This document shows positions 43,239 through 53,432 of a stretch of 64,000 nucleotides of DNA, piece after piece. The notes beneath the pieces were generated by a model, which was given only the letters and a program-made list of their open reading frames with translations, was not told where the DNA came from and ran no database searches. The stretch's first letter is position 1. Each line of letters opens with the position of its first letter. A program made the position numbers and the translations under genes. The DNA is from an uncultured Actinomycetes bacterium. Lineage in GTDB: Bacteria; Actinomycetota; Actinomycetes; Streptosporangiales; Streptosporangiaceae. The stretch lies in NCBI GenBank assembly GCA_963709075.1, contig CAVPUY010000010.1, positions 117,654-181,653 on the forward strand, given 5' to 3'.

Positions 43239-44295
43239 CTAGCCGGGCAGCCATTCGACATAGAAGATGCCGAGGCCGAGCGCGATGAACAGGCCGGAGA
43301 TCAGCCAGAACCTGATCACGATGGTGGTCTCGGCCCAGCCGATCAGCTCGAAATGGTGCTGCAGGGGTGCCATCCGGAACACCCGTTTCCCTGTCATCTT
43401 GAACGAGCCGACCTGGACGATGACCGATAGCGCGATGACCACGAACAGGCCGCCGAGTATCCCGAGTAGCAGCTGGGTCTTGGTGGTCACCGCAAGGCCC
43501 GCCAGCACGCCGCCGAGCGCGAGCGAGCCGGTGTCGCCCATGAAGATCCGGGCCGGCGGGGCATTCCACCAGAGGAAGCCGAAGCAGGCGCCGAGCACGG
43601 CCGCGGCGACCACCGCCAGGTCGAGCGGGTCGCGGACCGCATAGCAGTGCGGCGCGAGGGCAACGGTGCAGTCGTTGCGCAGCTGCCAGTTCGCGATCAG
43701 CACGTACGCGGCGAGCACCAGGGTGGCCGACCCGGTGGCGAGCCCGTCCAGCCCGTCGGTCAGGTTCACCGCGTTCGACGTGCCGGCGATCATGAACATG
43801 ATCCACAGGACGAACGGGAGCGACGCCGATCGACGGCCCGAAGTCGCGCAGGAATGACAGGTGGGCGTCGGCCGGGGTGAGATCGTAGCCATCGGCGTAG
43901 CGCAGCACGAGCAGCGCGAACAGGGCGCCGACCACAGCCTGGCCGGCCAGCTTGGCGCCGCTGCGCAGCCCGAGGCTGGTCTGCTTGTAGATCTTGATGA
44001 AGTCGTCGATGAAGCCGACCAGGCCGAGGCCGGTCATCAGCATCAGGACCAGCAGGCCGGAGGCCGACATCGGGTCATTCGTCGCCTCATGGCCGACGAA
44101 GTAGCCGATCAGCGAGGCGACCACGATGACGGTGCCGCCCATGGTGGGCGTGCCGCGCTTGGTCGCGTGCGCGGCCGGCCCTTCTTCCCTGATCAGCTGG
44201 CCGTAGCCGCGCCTGGTGAAGATCTTGATGGCCAGCGGGGTACCGAACAGCGCGAGGATCAGGGAGACGCCGGCCGTGACGAGGATCGTCTTCAC
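43239..44295 (-). pseudogene. mraY: Phospho-N-acetylmuramoyl-pentapeptide transferase MraY, 1-nt insertion at ~43824
   Basis: N-terminal part in ORF 43069..44295 ([18 protein letters not shown]). C-terminal part in ORF 43239..43892 ([32 protein letters not shown]). Confidence 0.9.
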
Positions 44296-45705
44296 CGCGG
44301 CGGCTCCTTCGCCCCGGTCAGCGGCCGTTCCCCGGTCAGGGCCAGCGCGACGCTTTCCAGGCCCGCCGCCCGGGAGGCCTTCACCAGCACCACGTCACCG
44401 CGTTCGAGCCGCCGGCCGAGCGCATCGACCGCCGCGGCGGCGTCAGGCACGGCTACGAGCTCGCCGGGCCAGGACGGCACAGCCCTGGCGCCAGCCAGGA
44501 TCGGCGCGGCATCCTCGCCGACCACGATGAGCCCGGCCAGGCCGGCCTCCGCCGCGAGCCTGCCTGCCTGCTCGTGGAACTCCCTGGCCCGGCCGCCTAG
44601 CTCGGTCATGTAGCCGAGCACGGCGAAGGCCCGGCGGCTGCGCGCCAGCACCGCCAGGGTGCCCAGCGCCGCCCGCATCGCCTCCGGGTTGGCGTTGTAC
44701 GCGTCATTGATCACCGTTACGCCGTCCGGCCGCTCGGTGAACTCCATCCGCCAGCGGCTGCGCGCCGCGGCGGCGGACAGCCCCGCGGCGATCGCGGTCA
44801 CGCTCATGCCTAGCTGGCCCGCCAGCGCAGCGGCGGCCAGCGCGTTGATGACGTTGTGCTCGCCATGCAGCCGGAGCGCGACGGGCGCCGAGCCCTCGCC
44901 GGTGACGAGCGTGAACCCGGCCCGGCCGTGCTCGTCAAGCACGACGTTCTCGGCCCGCACTTCGGCCGCGCTGTCCCGGCCGAACGTCACCACCCGCGCC
45001 GCCGTGCCCGCCGCCATCGCCCGTACCCGCGGGTCGTCGGCATTCAGCAGGGCCACGCCGTCCGCCGGCAGGGCCGCCGGAAGCTCCGCTTTCGCCCTGG
45101 CTACGTCATCGATGCCGCCGAACTCGCCGGCATGCGCGTGCCCCACGCAGAGCACCACCCCAAGCCGCGGCGGCGCCACCTGGCAGAGCCTGGCTATGTG
45201 GCCGGGGCCGCGCGCGGAGAGCTCGGTGATCAGGTAGCGGGTCTGCGCGGTGGCGCGCAGCACGGTGAGCGGCAGGCCGATGTCGTTGTTGAAAGAGTTG
45301 TGCGGCGCGATCGTCGGCCCGAGCGTCTCGATCAGCTGCGCGGCCAGGTCCTTGGTGGTGGTCTTGCCCGATGAGCCCGTAATGCCGGCGATGGTGCAAG
45401 CCAGGGATCCGGTCCACCACGGCCCTGGCCAGCCTGGCCAGGGCGGCGGCCACGTCGGGGACGATCAGTGCGGGAACGCCGACCGGGCGCGCGGCCAGGA
45501 CGGCGACGGCGCCCGCCGCGGCGGCCGCGGCCGCGAAGTCATGACCGTCCGCCCGGGTCCCTGGCAGCGCGGCGAACAGGCAGCCTGGCACGGCCTGGCG
45601 CGAGTCGATGATGACCGGGCCAGTGACCGCAGCGGCCGGATCGGCGACCAGGTCGGGAGCCGCGCCGGTAATGCTGGCAATCTGTCCCACGGACAGCGGG
45701 ATCAC
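44292..45705 (-). pseudogene. murF: UDP-MurNAc-tripeptide--D-Ala-D-Ala ligase MurF, 1-nt insertion at ~45395
   Basis: N-terminal part in ORF 45106..45705 (DSRQAVPGCLFAALPG). After the shift comes TIAGITGSSGKTTTKDL..., which continues into ORF 44292..45263 (NDAYNANP). Confidence 0.9.
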
Positions 45706-47350
45706 TGTTCCTCCGGATCGGCTGGCTGGACGCCGGGTGCGGCGCGGTCCTCCGCCAGCGCCATCGCGCTGGCCGCCAGGCGGCGAGTCAGCGCCTCGGC
45801 AGCGACCGCACGGTCATCGAACGGGATCACCAGGCCGGCTGCGTACTGACCTCGCTCATGTCCCTTGCCCGCGACCAGCACTACGTCTCCCTTGCCGGCG
45901 CGCTCGATGGCGAGGCTGATCGCGGCGGCGCGATCGGGCTCGATGATCACGTGTGCCCGGTCCCGCGCCGGGACCGTGAGCGTGCCTTCGAGCATCTCGG
46001 CAAGTATGGCGAGCGGGTCCTCCGAGCGCGGGTTATCGCTCGTGAAGATCGCTGTTTCCGCCAGGCCGGCCGCAGCGGCGCCCATCAGCGGGCGCTTTGC
46101 CCGGTCCCGGTCACCGCCGCAGCCGAGCACGATGGCCAGGCGGCCGAGGGTAACGGGGCGCAGCGCTCGCAGCACCGCCTCCACCGCGCCGGGCTTGTGC
46201 GAGTAGTCGACGAGCACGGTGAAGTCCTGGCCGGCCTCTACCCGCTCCAGCCGGCCGGGCACGCCCGGGCAGGCAGCGACTCCGGCAACCGCGGCCGCAA
46301 GGCCGACGCCTGCCTCCACCAGCGCGACGATGGCCGCTAGCGCGTTGGCGACGTTGAACGGCCCTGGCAGCGTCACCGAGGCGTCGGCTTCCACGCCGCC
46401 CGGGCCGATCACCCGGAAGGTACTGCCGTCCGCTCCGGCCCGCACATCCGCGGCATGCCAGTCCGCGGCCGGATTCCCCGCTGCGGAGAACGTGGTCGTT
46501 GGTATCTGCGGCCTGGCCGCGAGCAGCCGCCCGTGCGGGTCGTCGATGTTCACCACGCCGGCCCTGGCATAGCCGGGCGTGAAGAGTGCGGCCTTCGCCG
46601 CGAAGTAGTCGTCCATGGTGGCGTGGAAGTCGAGGTGGTCCTGCGACAGGTTGGTGAATACGGCTACTTCATAGGACGTGCCGGCCACCCGGCCGAGTGC
46701 CAGCGCGTGGCTGGAGACTTCCATCGCCGCCGCGGTGACCCCCCGCTCGGCCATCACCGCGAGCAGCGCCTGCAGGTCGGTCGCTTCCGGGGTGGTGAGC
46801 TCGCTGGCGGCGACGGCGCCTGCCACCCGGGTCTCGATGCCGCCGACGAGGCCGGTCTGGTGACCCGCCATCCGCAGCCCGGACTCGATCAGGTAGGTCG
46901 TCGTCGTCTTGCCGCTGGTGCCGGTGACGCCGATCAGCTGCAGCAGCGCCGACGGGTTCCGGTAGATCCAGGCCGCCACCTCGCCCAGCCTCGACCGCGG
47001 ATCGGCGACCACGAACACGGGCAGCCCGCAGCCGGCCGCGAGGTCCCGGCCGTCCGGATCGGTGAGCACCGCGACGGCGCCGGCGCTGGCCGCCTGCCCG
47101 CAGAATTGCGCTCCATGCTGGCGGCTGCCCGGCAGCGCGGCGTACACGTCACCAGGCCGCACCCGCCGCGAGTCGTGCGTGATCCCGGATATCTCGATGG
47201 CCTTCGCGGTGCCGGCGCCCGGGCCAGCGCCGGAGCGGGCCGCCTGGCCGGCCTACCGCCAGGCCCGGGCGCCGCCTTCAGCCCGAGCAGCACCGCGAGT
47301 CCCGCGAGCGGGCGCGCAGGGACATGAGCTGGACGCAGAGCCGCTGGCAC
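45702..47350 (-). pseudogene. murE: UDP-MurNAc-L-Ala-D-Glu--2,6-diaminopimelate ligase MurE, one frame break at ~47245
   Basis: N-terminus RPAHVPARPLAGLAVLLG in ORF 46934..47350 (GTG 47350). ITHDSRRVRPGDVYAALPG...GVTGTSGKTTTT...DNPR in ORF 45702..47162. An in-frame TAG upstream of 47162 forces the shift. Confidence 0.9.
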
Positions 47351-47369
47351 GCGCAGAGATTACCCCCGA

Positions 47370-49529
47370 TCACGGCGCGGTGAGCCGTACCTTCGGCGGC
47401 TTTGCGCCATCCGGGGGAATCTTCATGGTCTGCAAGGCGAATTTCATCACCTGGTTGAACACCGGCCCGGCCACTGCGTCGCCGAAATAGCTGCTGCTCT
47501 TCGGGTCCTGGACATGCACGGCGACCACGAGCTGAGGGTTGCCGGCCGGGGCGATCCCGATATAACTGGACCCGTACTCGCACAGGCAGTGCTTCTTCGG
47601 GTCGTAGACCTGCGCGGTCCCCGTCTTTGCGGCGACCGAGTACCCGGCGATGACGCCCCACGGCTCGGCGCCTGCGACGTCGACCGCCGGCACCTGCTGG
47701 AGTATGCGCATCAGCTCCTGCGCGGTCTTCGGCCGCAGTACCCGGGTGCGCTTCGGGCGGGGCGCCGGGACGAACTTCCCGCTCGGGCCCGTCGTCCCCG
47801 CGACGATCGAGGGCTGGACCCGTATCCCCTTGTTGGCGACGGTCGCGTAGACGCTGGCCATCTGCACGGCATTGACCGCGACGCCCTGCCCGAACGCGAG
47901 CGTGTACCTGGTGTCCCCGAACCACTTCGACGGCGCCGGAAGCAGGCCGGCGCTCTGCCCGGGGAGGTTCAGCCCGGTGAGCGAGCCGAGGCCGAATTTC
48001 CTCAGGAAGTGGTACTGGATGCGCGGGCTGACATGCTGTACCAGCTGGACCATCCCGACGTTGCTCGAGTTCGCCAGGATCCCGGCGACGGTGTAGTGGA
48101 GTCCCGGCGGATGCGTCTCGGCGTCGTGGAACGGGAAGCCGTGCACGAGGATCTGGTTCGGGATCGGGTACACGCTCATCGGCGTCTGGCCGCCGCGCTC
48201 GAGCGCGGCCGCCACCGTGATCGTCTTGGCGGTGCTGCCCGGCTCGAACACGTCGGCCACCGGGATGTCGGTGGTCGACAGCGGGCTGCGCCGCGGGCCA
48301 GGCCGGGTTGAACGCGGCGACTGGGCCATCGCCAGGATCTTCCCGGTCCGCGGCTGCATGATCACCACGGAGCAGCTTGGCCGCGCGGGTCACCCTGACC
48401 CGCTGTGCGCACGCCCGCTCCGCCTCCCATTGCAGGTCGGACTGGATGGTCAGCCGCAGGTTCCCGGCCGGGACCCGGGGATCAACCTTGTCCTGGGTCA
48501 GCGGGATGGGCTGGCCCTGCGAGCCAGTCTCGACTCGTTCCGATCCGTCCTTGCCTGCCAGCAGCGAGTTGTACGAGTACTCCAGGCCGGCCTCGCCGCG
48601 CAGGTCGCCTGCCGCGGTCACGTTGGTGAAGCCGAGGACGTTGGCCGCGAGGCCGCCGTTGGGGTAGGCGCGGGAGTAGCTCGCCGTCTCGCGATCCCGG
48701 GCAGGCCCTTCGTCGCGTCCCCGGCCAGGCTGAGCTTCGCGATCTGATTGCCGGTCGTCGCGGGACGCTCTTTTTCAGCACCACGTACTGCGGCGAGCTG
48801 GGATGGTTGATCAGCGCAGAGGATGCTGGCTTGCGGCATGCGGAGCGGGCCGGCCAGCGCGGCGGCGACGGCCGGCCGCTTGGCCGCCGGGATCAGCACC
48901 GGGTCGGCGAACACCAGGTCGGTCTGCACCGTGAGGGCCAGCACCTTGCCGTCGCTGGAGGTGATGGTGCCGCGGACGGCCGGGATCGGGATCGTCCGCA
49001 GCCGCTGGTGCTGCGCCATATTCCGGTAGGTGGACCAGTCCAGGCCCTGCAGTTGCACGAGCCGCCCGGCGAAGAGCGTCAGGACGAAGACGATGCACAC
49101 GAACGTGACGTTCAGCCGTCGGCCAGGCCTGCCGCGGCGCAAGACCGGCCGGAAGGACTCGGCAGGCGGCAGCCCACCGCGGCGGCCGTCCGGCGCCCCG
49201 GACGGTCGCGGACCGGCTGGCCGCCGGCCCGGCGCCCCCGGCCGCTGCTGGCCAGGTCCGCGCCGCCTGGCGCCGTCGCCGCCCGGCCGTCCAGTGCCGT
49301 CGGCCCGCCTGGTGCCGTCGGCCCGCCTGCCGTGCCGTCGGCCGCCCGCCTGGTGCCGTCCAGCCGCCTGGCGGTGTCCCGGCCCGGGCGGCCGTCGCCA
49401 GGCCCGGCTGGCCGACCTGGGCTCCGCGGGCCGCCTGCCGTACCGGGCCGGCGGGCCGGCCCGTGGCCGCCCGGCGCCCCCCTGGCCGCGATTCCGGTCG
49501 CGGCCGCCGTCGCCGTCGCCGTCCGTCAC
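47370..49529 (-). pseudogene. ftsI: Class B penicillin-binding protein FtsI (PBP3-type transpeptidase), four frame breaks (~48818, ~48762, ~48690, 48369)
   Basis: Proposed GTG start at 49529, overlapping the corrected ftsL stop. TM RLNVTFVCIVFVLTLFAGRL in ORF 48618..50327. Further pieces are in ORFs 48482..48784 and 47278..48621 (AGLEYSYNSLLAG). The transpeptidase domain is in ORF 47370..48368 with SxxK GSTAKT, SxN SSN and KTG KTGTA. Confidence 0.85.
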
Positions 49530-50327
49530 GGAGCGTATCCGGGCACGTTGGGTATTCCCGGCAGGGTCGGCCGGCGCCCGGTAGACGTGCCCGTTACGCA
49601 GGTTAAGGAAGTTCATCAGCGGCTGCGCGCGCATGCCCAGCCGCAGCGCGCGCTTATGCAGCGACGCCGGTGACTCGTCGGTGGTCATCTGCTGCTGGAG
49701 CGACTGCTCCTGCTGGGCAAGGGTGACGTTGCCCTGCTGCAGCGAGTTGATGCGGAATGAGGCGGCGGCGAGCGTGGTGTTGATCACCAGCAGGCAGACC
49801 AGTCCGCCGCTGAGCATGCCGAGCACCAGCAGGATGAAGCGCGTCGCGGACGTGCGATCCGACGGCGGCCAGGGTGCCGTCTGGCGCCGGGCGCGTGCCG
49901 GGCGCCGGGCGCGTGCCGGGCGCCGGGCTGGCCGGCCTGCGCTGGCCCGTGCCGGGCGGGCGGATGACGGGCTGGACTGCCCCGGCGGCCGCAGCGGCCG
50001 GCTGGCCCGGGCGGGCTGGCCCGCGGCCGGGCTGGCCCGCGGCGGGCTGGACCGTGGCGGGCTGGACCGTGGCGGGCTGGACCGTGGCGGGCGGCCGCTG
50101 GCCTGCGGCAGGCCGGCCCGCTGGCGCGTCCCCCGGTCGCGGCGCGTTCCCCGGTTTCGTGTGCTTACCTCGGTGTTCATGCGCCTGCGCCCGTCCTCCC
50201 TGTCGGCTGGCCCGCTCCTCGGCGGCCAGGCCCTTCGCGTTGCCCGCTCGCCCGGCACTCGCCCGCGCGGCACTCGCCCGCGCGGCACTCGCCCCGCGCG
50301 GCACTCGCTCATGCGGTGCCCGCTCAT
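49526..50327 (-). pseudogene. ftsL: FtsL-like division protein (single TM plus coiled coil); read as given it is fused in frame to ftsI; the frame of the N-terminal ~160 codons is uncertain
   Basis: Core ATRFILLVLGMLSGGLVCLLVINTTLAAASFRINSLQQGNVTLAQQEQSLQQQMTTDESPASLHKRALRLGM in ORF 48618..50327. Removing one G from the GGG at 49557-49559 gives ...APADPAGIPNVPGYAP and a stop at TGA 49526-49528, which overlaps GTG 49527-49529. Confidence 0.6.
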
Positions 50328-51295
50328 GCGGCCGCCCTGATCCGCTCGGCGGCCCGGAGCCGGGCCGATGCGGCGCGCGGGTTGCGGGCCATCTCGTCCG
50401 CAGCGGGACGCTCCGCTCCCCTGGTGAGGAGGCGGAACTGCGGCCTGCTGCCGGGCAGCGGCACCGGCAGGCCGGGCGGCGTGGTGTCCGCCGCGCGCTC
50501 CCGGAATGTCTTCTTGACCAGCCGGTCCTCGAGCGAGTGGTAGGAAAGCACGACGATCCGGCCGCCCACGGCCACCGCGTCCATGGCCGCGGGCAGCGCC
50601 CGGCCGAGGGCGTCAAGCTCGCCATTGACCTCGATCCGCAGGGCCTGGAACGTGCGCTTGGCGGGATGACCGCCATGCCGCCTGGCCGGGGCCGGGATCG
50701 AGTCGCGGACGATTTCGCCGAGCCGCAGGGTCGAGGTGAACGGAGCCCGCGACCGCTCCCGCACGAGCGCGTCGGCGATCCGGCGGGCATATCGTTCCTC
50801 GCCGTAGTCGCGCAGCACCCGGGCCAGCCGGGCGGCCGGATAGGTGTTGACTACTTCGGCGGCGGTCAGCGAGGCAGCCCGGTCCATCCGCATGTCGAGC
50901 GGCGCGTCATAGGAATAGGCGAAGCCGCGTGCTGGATCGTCGAGCTGCGGCGAGGAGACGCCGAGATCGAACAGGATGCCGTGCACGGCCGGCAGGCCGA
51001 GCCTGGCCAGGATCGCCGGGATCTCGTCGTACACCGCATGGACCAGGGTGACCCGCTCCAGGTGCGGGGCGAGCAGCGCCCGGGACGCCTCGATCGCCGC
51101 ATCATCGGTATCCACGCCGATGAGCGCGAGGCCGGGGTGCTGGCCAAGGAGGGCGCTGGCATGGCCGGCCCGGCCGAGGGTCGCGTCGAGCAGGATCGCG
51201 CCCGGCGGATCCAGCACCGGGGCGAACAGGGCCAGCACCCGGTCGGTCATGACCGGCCGGTGCCCGCTGTCCGCCGTGCCCTCCGCCGTGCCCAT
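50324..51295 (-). CDS. rsmH: 16S rRNA (cytosine1402-N4)-methyltransferase RsmH (MraW)
   Basis: ORF 50324..51376 with the start at Met28 (GAGGAG upstream). Contains [20 protein letters not shown] and SYHSLEDR. Confidence 0.9.
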   Translation of the reverse strand: MGTAEGTADSGHRPVMTDRVLALFAPVLDPPGAILLDATLGRAGHASALLGQHPGLALIGVDTDDAAIEASRALLAPHLERVTLVHAVYDEIPAILARLGLPAVHGILFDLGVSSPQLDDPARGFAYSYDAPLDMRMDRAASLTAAEVVNTYPAARLARVLRDYGEERYARRIADALVRERSRAPFTSTLRLGEIVRDSIPAPARRHGGHPAKRTFQALRIEVNGELDALGRALPAAMDAVAVGGRIVVLSYHSLEDRLVKKTFRERAADTTPPGLPVPLPGSRPQFRLLTRGAERPAADEMARNPRAASARLRAAERIRAAA

Positions 51296-51503
51296 GGAAC
51301 TCCTCACTTCTAGCCAGCGGCCGCCGCTGCCCGGCAGGCCGGTAACTGCCCGTCCGGTGCCCGGCCAGGTCCCCATCCGCGCGATGCGCTGATAACCGAG
51401 TGGTCGCCTGGCGCCGGGGAAGTGACGTCAGCCGGCTCGGCCACCCAGCGCGGGTGGAGACCTCGCCGTACACCGGGCGCCAGGGAAAGCAGGCCCAGGC
51501 GCC

Positions 51504-51935
51504 TCAGAGAATCCCGGGCAGCACCTCCTCGGACGCGTCGGAGAAGGCGTCCTCCTGCCGTCCCAGGTAGGTGTGCCAGGCGGCGGCATCCCAGATCTCC
51601 AGCCGGGTATTGGCGCCGATCACCACGCAGTCGCGCTGCAGCGCCGCATAGTCCCGCAGGCTGGGCGGAATGGTGATCCGGCCCTGCTTGTCCGGCATTT
51701 CATCGGAAGCGCTCGCGAAGAACACCCGGCTGTAGTCGCGCACCGCCTTGGCCGTCACCGGTGCGGATCGCAGGGCCTCGGTAATGCGGCCGAACTCCGG
51801 CTCGGGAAAGACATAGAGGCAGCGCTCCTGGCCCTTGGTCAGGACCAGCCCGGCGGCGAGTTCCTCGCGGTACTTAGCAGGCAAGAACAGCCGCCCCTTG
51901 TCGTCCAGGCGTGGCGTGTGAGTGCCGAGAAACAT
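51504..51935 (-). CDS. mraZ: Transcriptional regulator MraZ
   Basis: Intact 143 aa. Duplicated SpoVT/AbrB-like halves [13 protein letters not shown] and [13 protein letters not shown]. Confidence 0.95.
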   Translation of the reverse strand: MFLGTHTPRLDDKGRLFLPAKYREELAAGLVLTKGQERCLYVFPEPEFGRITEALRSAPVTAKAVRDYSRVFFASASDEMPDKQGRITIPPSLRDYAALQRDCVVIGANTRLEIWDAAAWHTYLGRQEDAFSDASEEVLPGIL

Positions 51936-51978
51936 CAGCGCTCACCTCCCCACTCCCCCACTGCGGTGCGCCGTGCGG

Positions 51979-52029
51979 CCACCTCCACCCCACGGTGCAC
52001 CACTGTACTCCACATTCCCCCACCGTCAA
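51979..52029 (-). promoter_or_regulatory. Candidate Pmra promoter overlapped by a phased array of GTGG (MraZ-box-like) repeats
   Basis: Minus strand: TTGACG (52029-52024), a 16-nt spacer, then TACAGT (52007-52002). GTGG starts at 52023, 52013, 52003 and 51993 (exact 10-bp phasing: GTGGGG, GTGGAG, GTGGTG, GTGGGG) and again at 51982. Further GTGG copies occur at 51961 and 51953, near the SD (GGAGGTG). Confidence 0.55.
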
Positions 52030-52343
52030 CGATGAACTCCTCGTGAACCGATCACCCCCTCCGGGGAGTTTCAAGGTCAGAGGGGGTGGAGCGAAGTGGA
52101 GCGAGGACGCGAGGCGGCATGCGGCCGGCATCCCCGGACGGACCGCCCGCGCCCCGGATGGCCGAGCCAGAAACGGCCGCAGGACGGCCGCACGCAGCTG
52201 AGGCCCAGGCCATGGCACGTCGTTGTGCACGCCAGTCACACCCGGCTCGTTATCCCGCCGATACCCAAGCGGCATCGCGCACAGGTATTTCACGACGTAA
52301 TGTCTGAACGCATGGTCCTGACAGCACATGGGAGCTACCCGGC

Positions 52344-53360
52344 ATGGCGGACTCGACTATCGCGCCGCAGGTGACGCGAGGAGGACACGTGGTACTTGAT
52401 ACGGGTCAGGCGGACCGTACTCTGGACGACCTGGTCGGCGTGGCCCGGCAGATCAGCGCGGCCGTCGAGACCGTGATCGAGGGCAAGCCGGATGCGATCC
52501 GGCTTGCCCTCACGGTTCTGCTGGCTGAGGGGCACGTGCTGATCGAGGATGTGCCCGGCGTCGGGAAGACGCTGCTGGCCAAGGCGCTGGCCCGGTCGAT
52601 CGACTGCTCCATCCGGCGCGTCCAGTTCACGCCGGACCTGCTGCCGAGCGACCTGACCGGCGTCAGCGCCTTCAACCAGGAACTCAGGGAGTTCGAGTTC
52701 AAGCCGGGGCCGATCTTCGCCAATATCGTGATTGGTGACGAGATCAACCGCGCTTCCCCGAAAACGCAGTCTGCGTTGCTCGAATGCATGGAGGAGCGTC
52801 AGGTCACGGTGGACGGCTCCACCTATCCGCTTGAGCTCCCCTTCATGGTCATCGCCACCCAGAACCCGATCGAGATGGAGGGCACGTACCCGCTGCCCGA
52901 GGCGCAGCGGGACCGTTTCACCGCCCGCATCTCCATCGGCTACCCGGATAAAGAAGCCGAGCTTGAGATGCTCGACACGCACGGCTCGTCGTCGCCGCTT
53001 GACCACCTGGAGCCCGCCGCTCATGCCACGGACATCCGCGACCTGATCTCGGCGGTCCGTGCCGTGCATGTCGCACAGCCGATCAGGCAGTACGTGATCA
53101 GCATCGTCAACGCGACCCGGTCATCGCCCGAGCTCAGGCTCGGCGCCTCGCCGCGCGCCACCTTGCACCTGCTGCGCGCGAGCCGGGCCTATGCCGCGCT
53201 TGACGGCAGGGACTTCGTGATCCCGGACGATGTGCAGACGCTTGCCGGGCCGGTGCTGGCGCACCGGCTGCTGCCCACCCCGGAGGCCATGGTGGAGCGG
53301 GAACTGCCCGAGCGGGTGCTGACCAAGCTGATCGAGCGGCTGCCGCTGCCCCTCAAGTAA
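52344..53360 (+). CDS. moxR: MoxR-family AAA+ ATPase
   Basis: Intact 338 aa. Walker A VPGVGKT, Walker B VIGDEINRA, and ATQNPIEMEGTYPLPEAQRDRF. Confidence 0.9.
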   Translation: MADSTIAPQVTRGGHVVLDTGQADRTLDDLVGVARQISAAVETVIEGKPDAIRLALTVLLAEGHVLIEDVPGVGKTLLAKALARSIDCSIRRVQFTPDLLPSDLTGVSAFNQELREFEFKPGPIFANIVIGDEINRASPKTQSALLECMEERQVTVDGSTYPLELPFMVIATQNPIEMEGTYPLPEAQRDRFTARISIGYPDKEAELEMLDTHGSSSPLDHLEPAAHATDIRDLISAVRAVHVAQPIRQYVISIVNATRSSPELRLGASPRATLHLLRASRAYAALDGRDFVIPDDVQTLAGPVLAHRLLPTPEAMVERELPERVLTKLIERLPLPLK

Positions 53361-53432
53361 CCGCGCACGCCCAGGTGGGCCATTGGCCCAGGTCACGGTC
53401 GCGCCGTAGATTGGTCGGGCAAGCGGAAGGAA

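Noticed and set aside
26900-50330. Genuine pseudogenisation or genome reduction of the dcw cluster and ileS.
   Set aside because: The affected genes are individually essential. All the lesions are single-base indels, with no nonsense codons and no motif erosion. Intact genes are interspersed. Consensus sequencing error is far more likely. A decaying duplicate copy remains the only biological alternative (see findings).
49654-50790. 378-aa minus-strand ORF overlapping rsmH and ftsL.
   Set aside because: It is out of frame relative to the well-conserved RsmH sequence over 50324-50790. Only its low-complexity part (about 49900-50300) might represent the true ftsL N-terminal frame, and that cannot be decided from the sequence.
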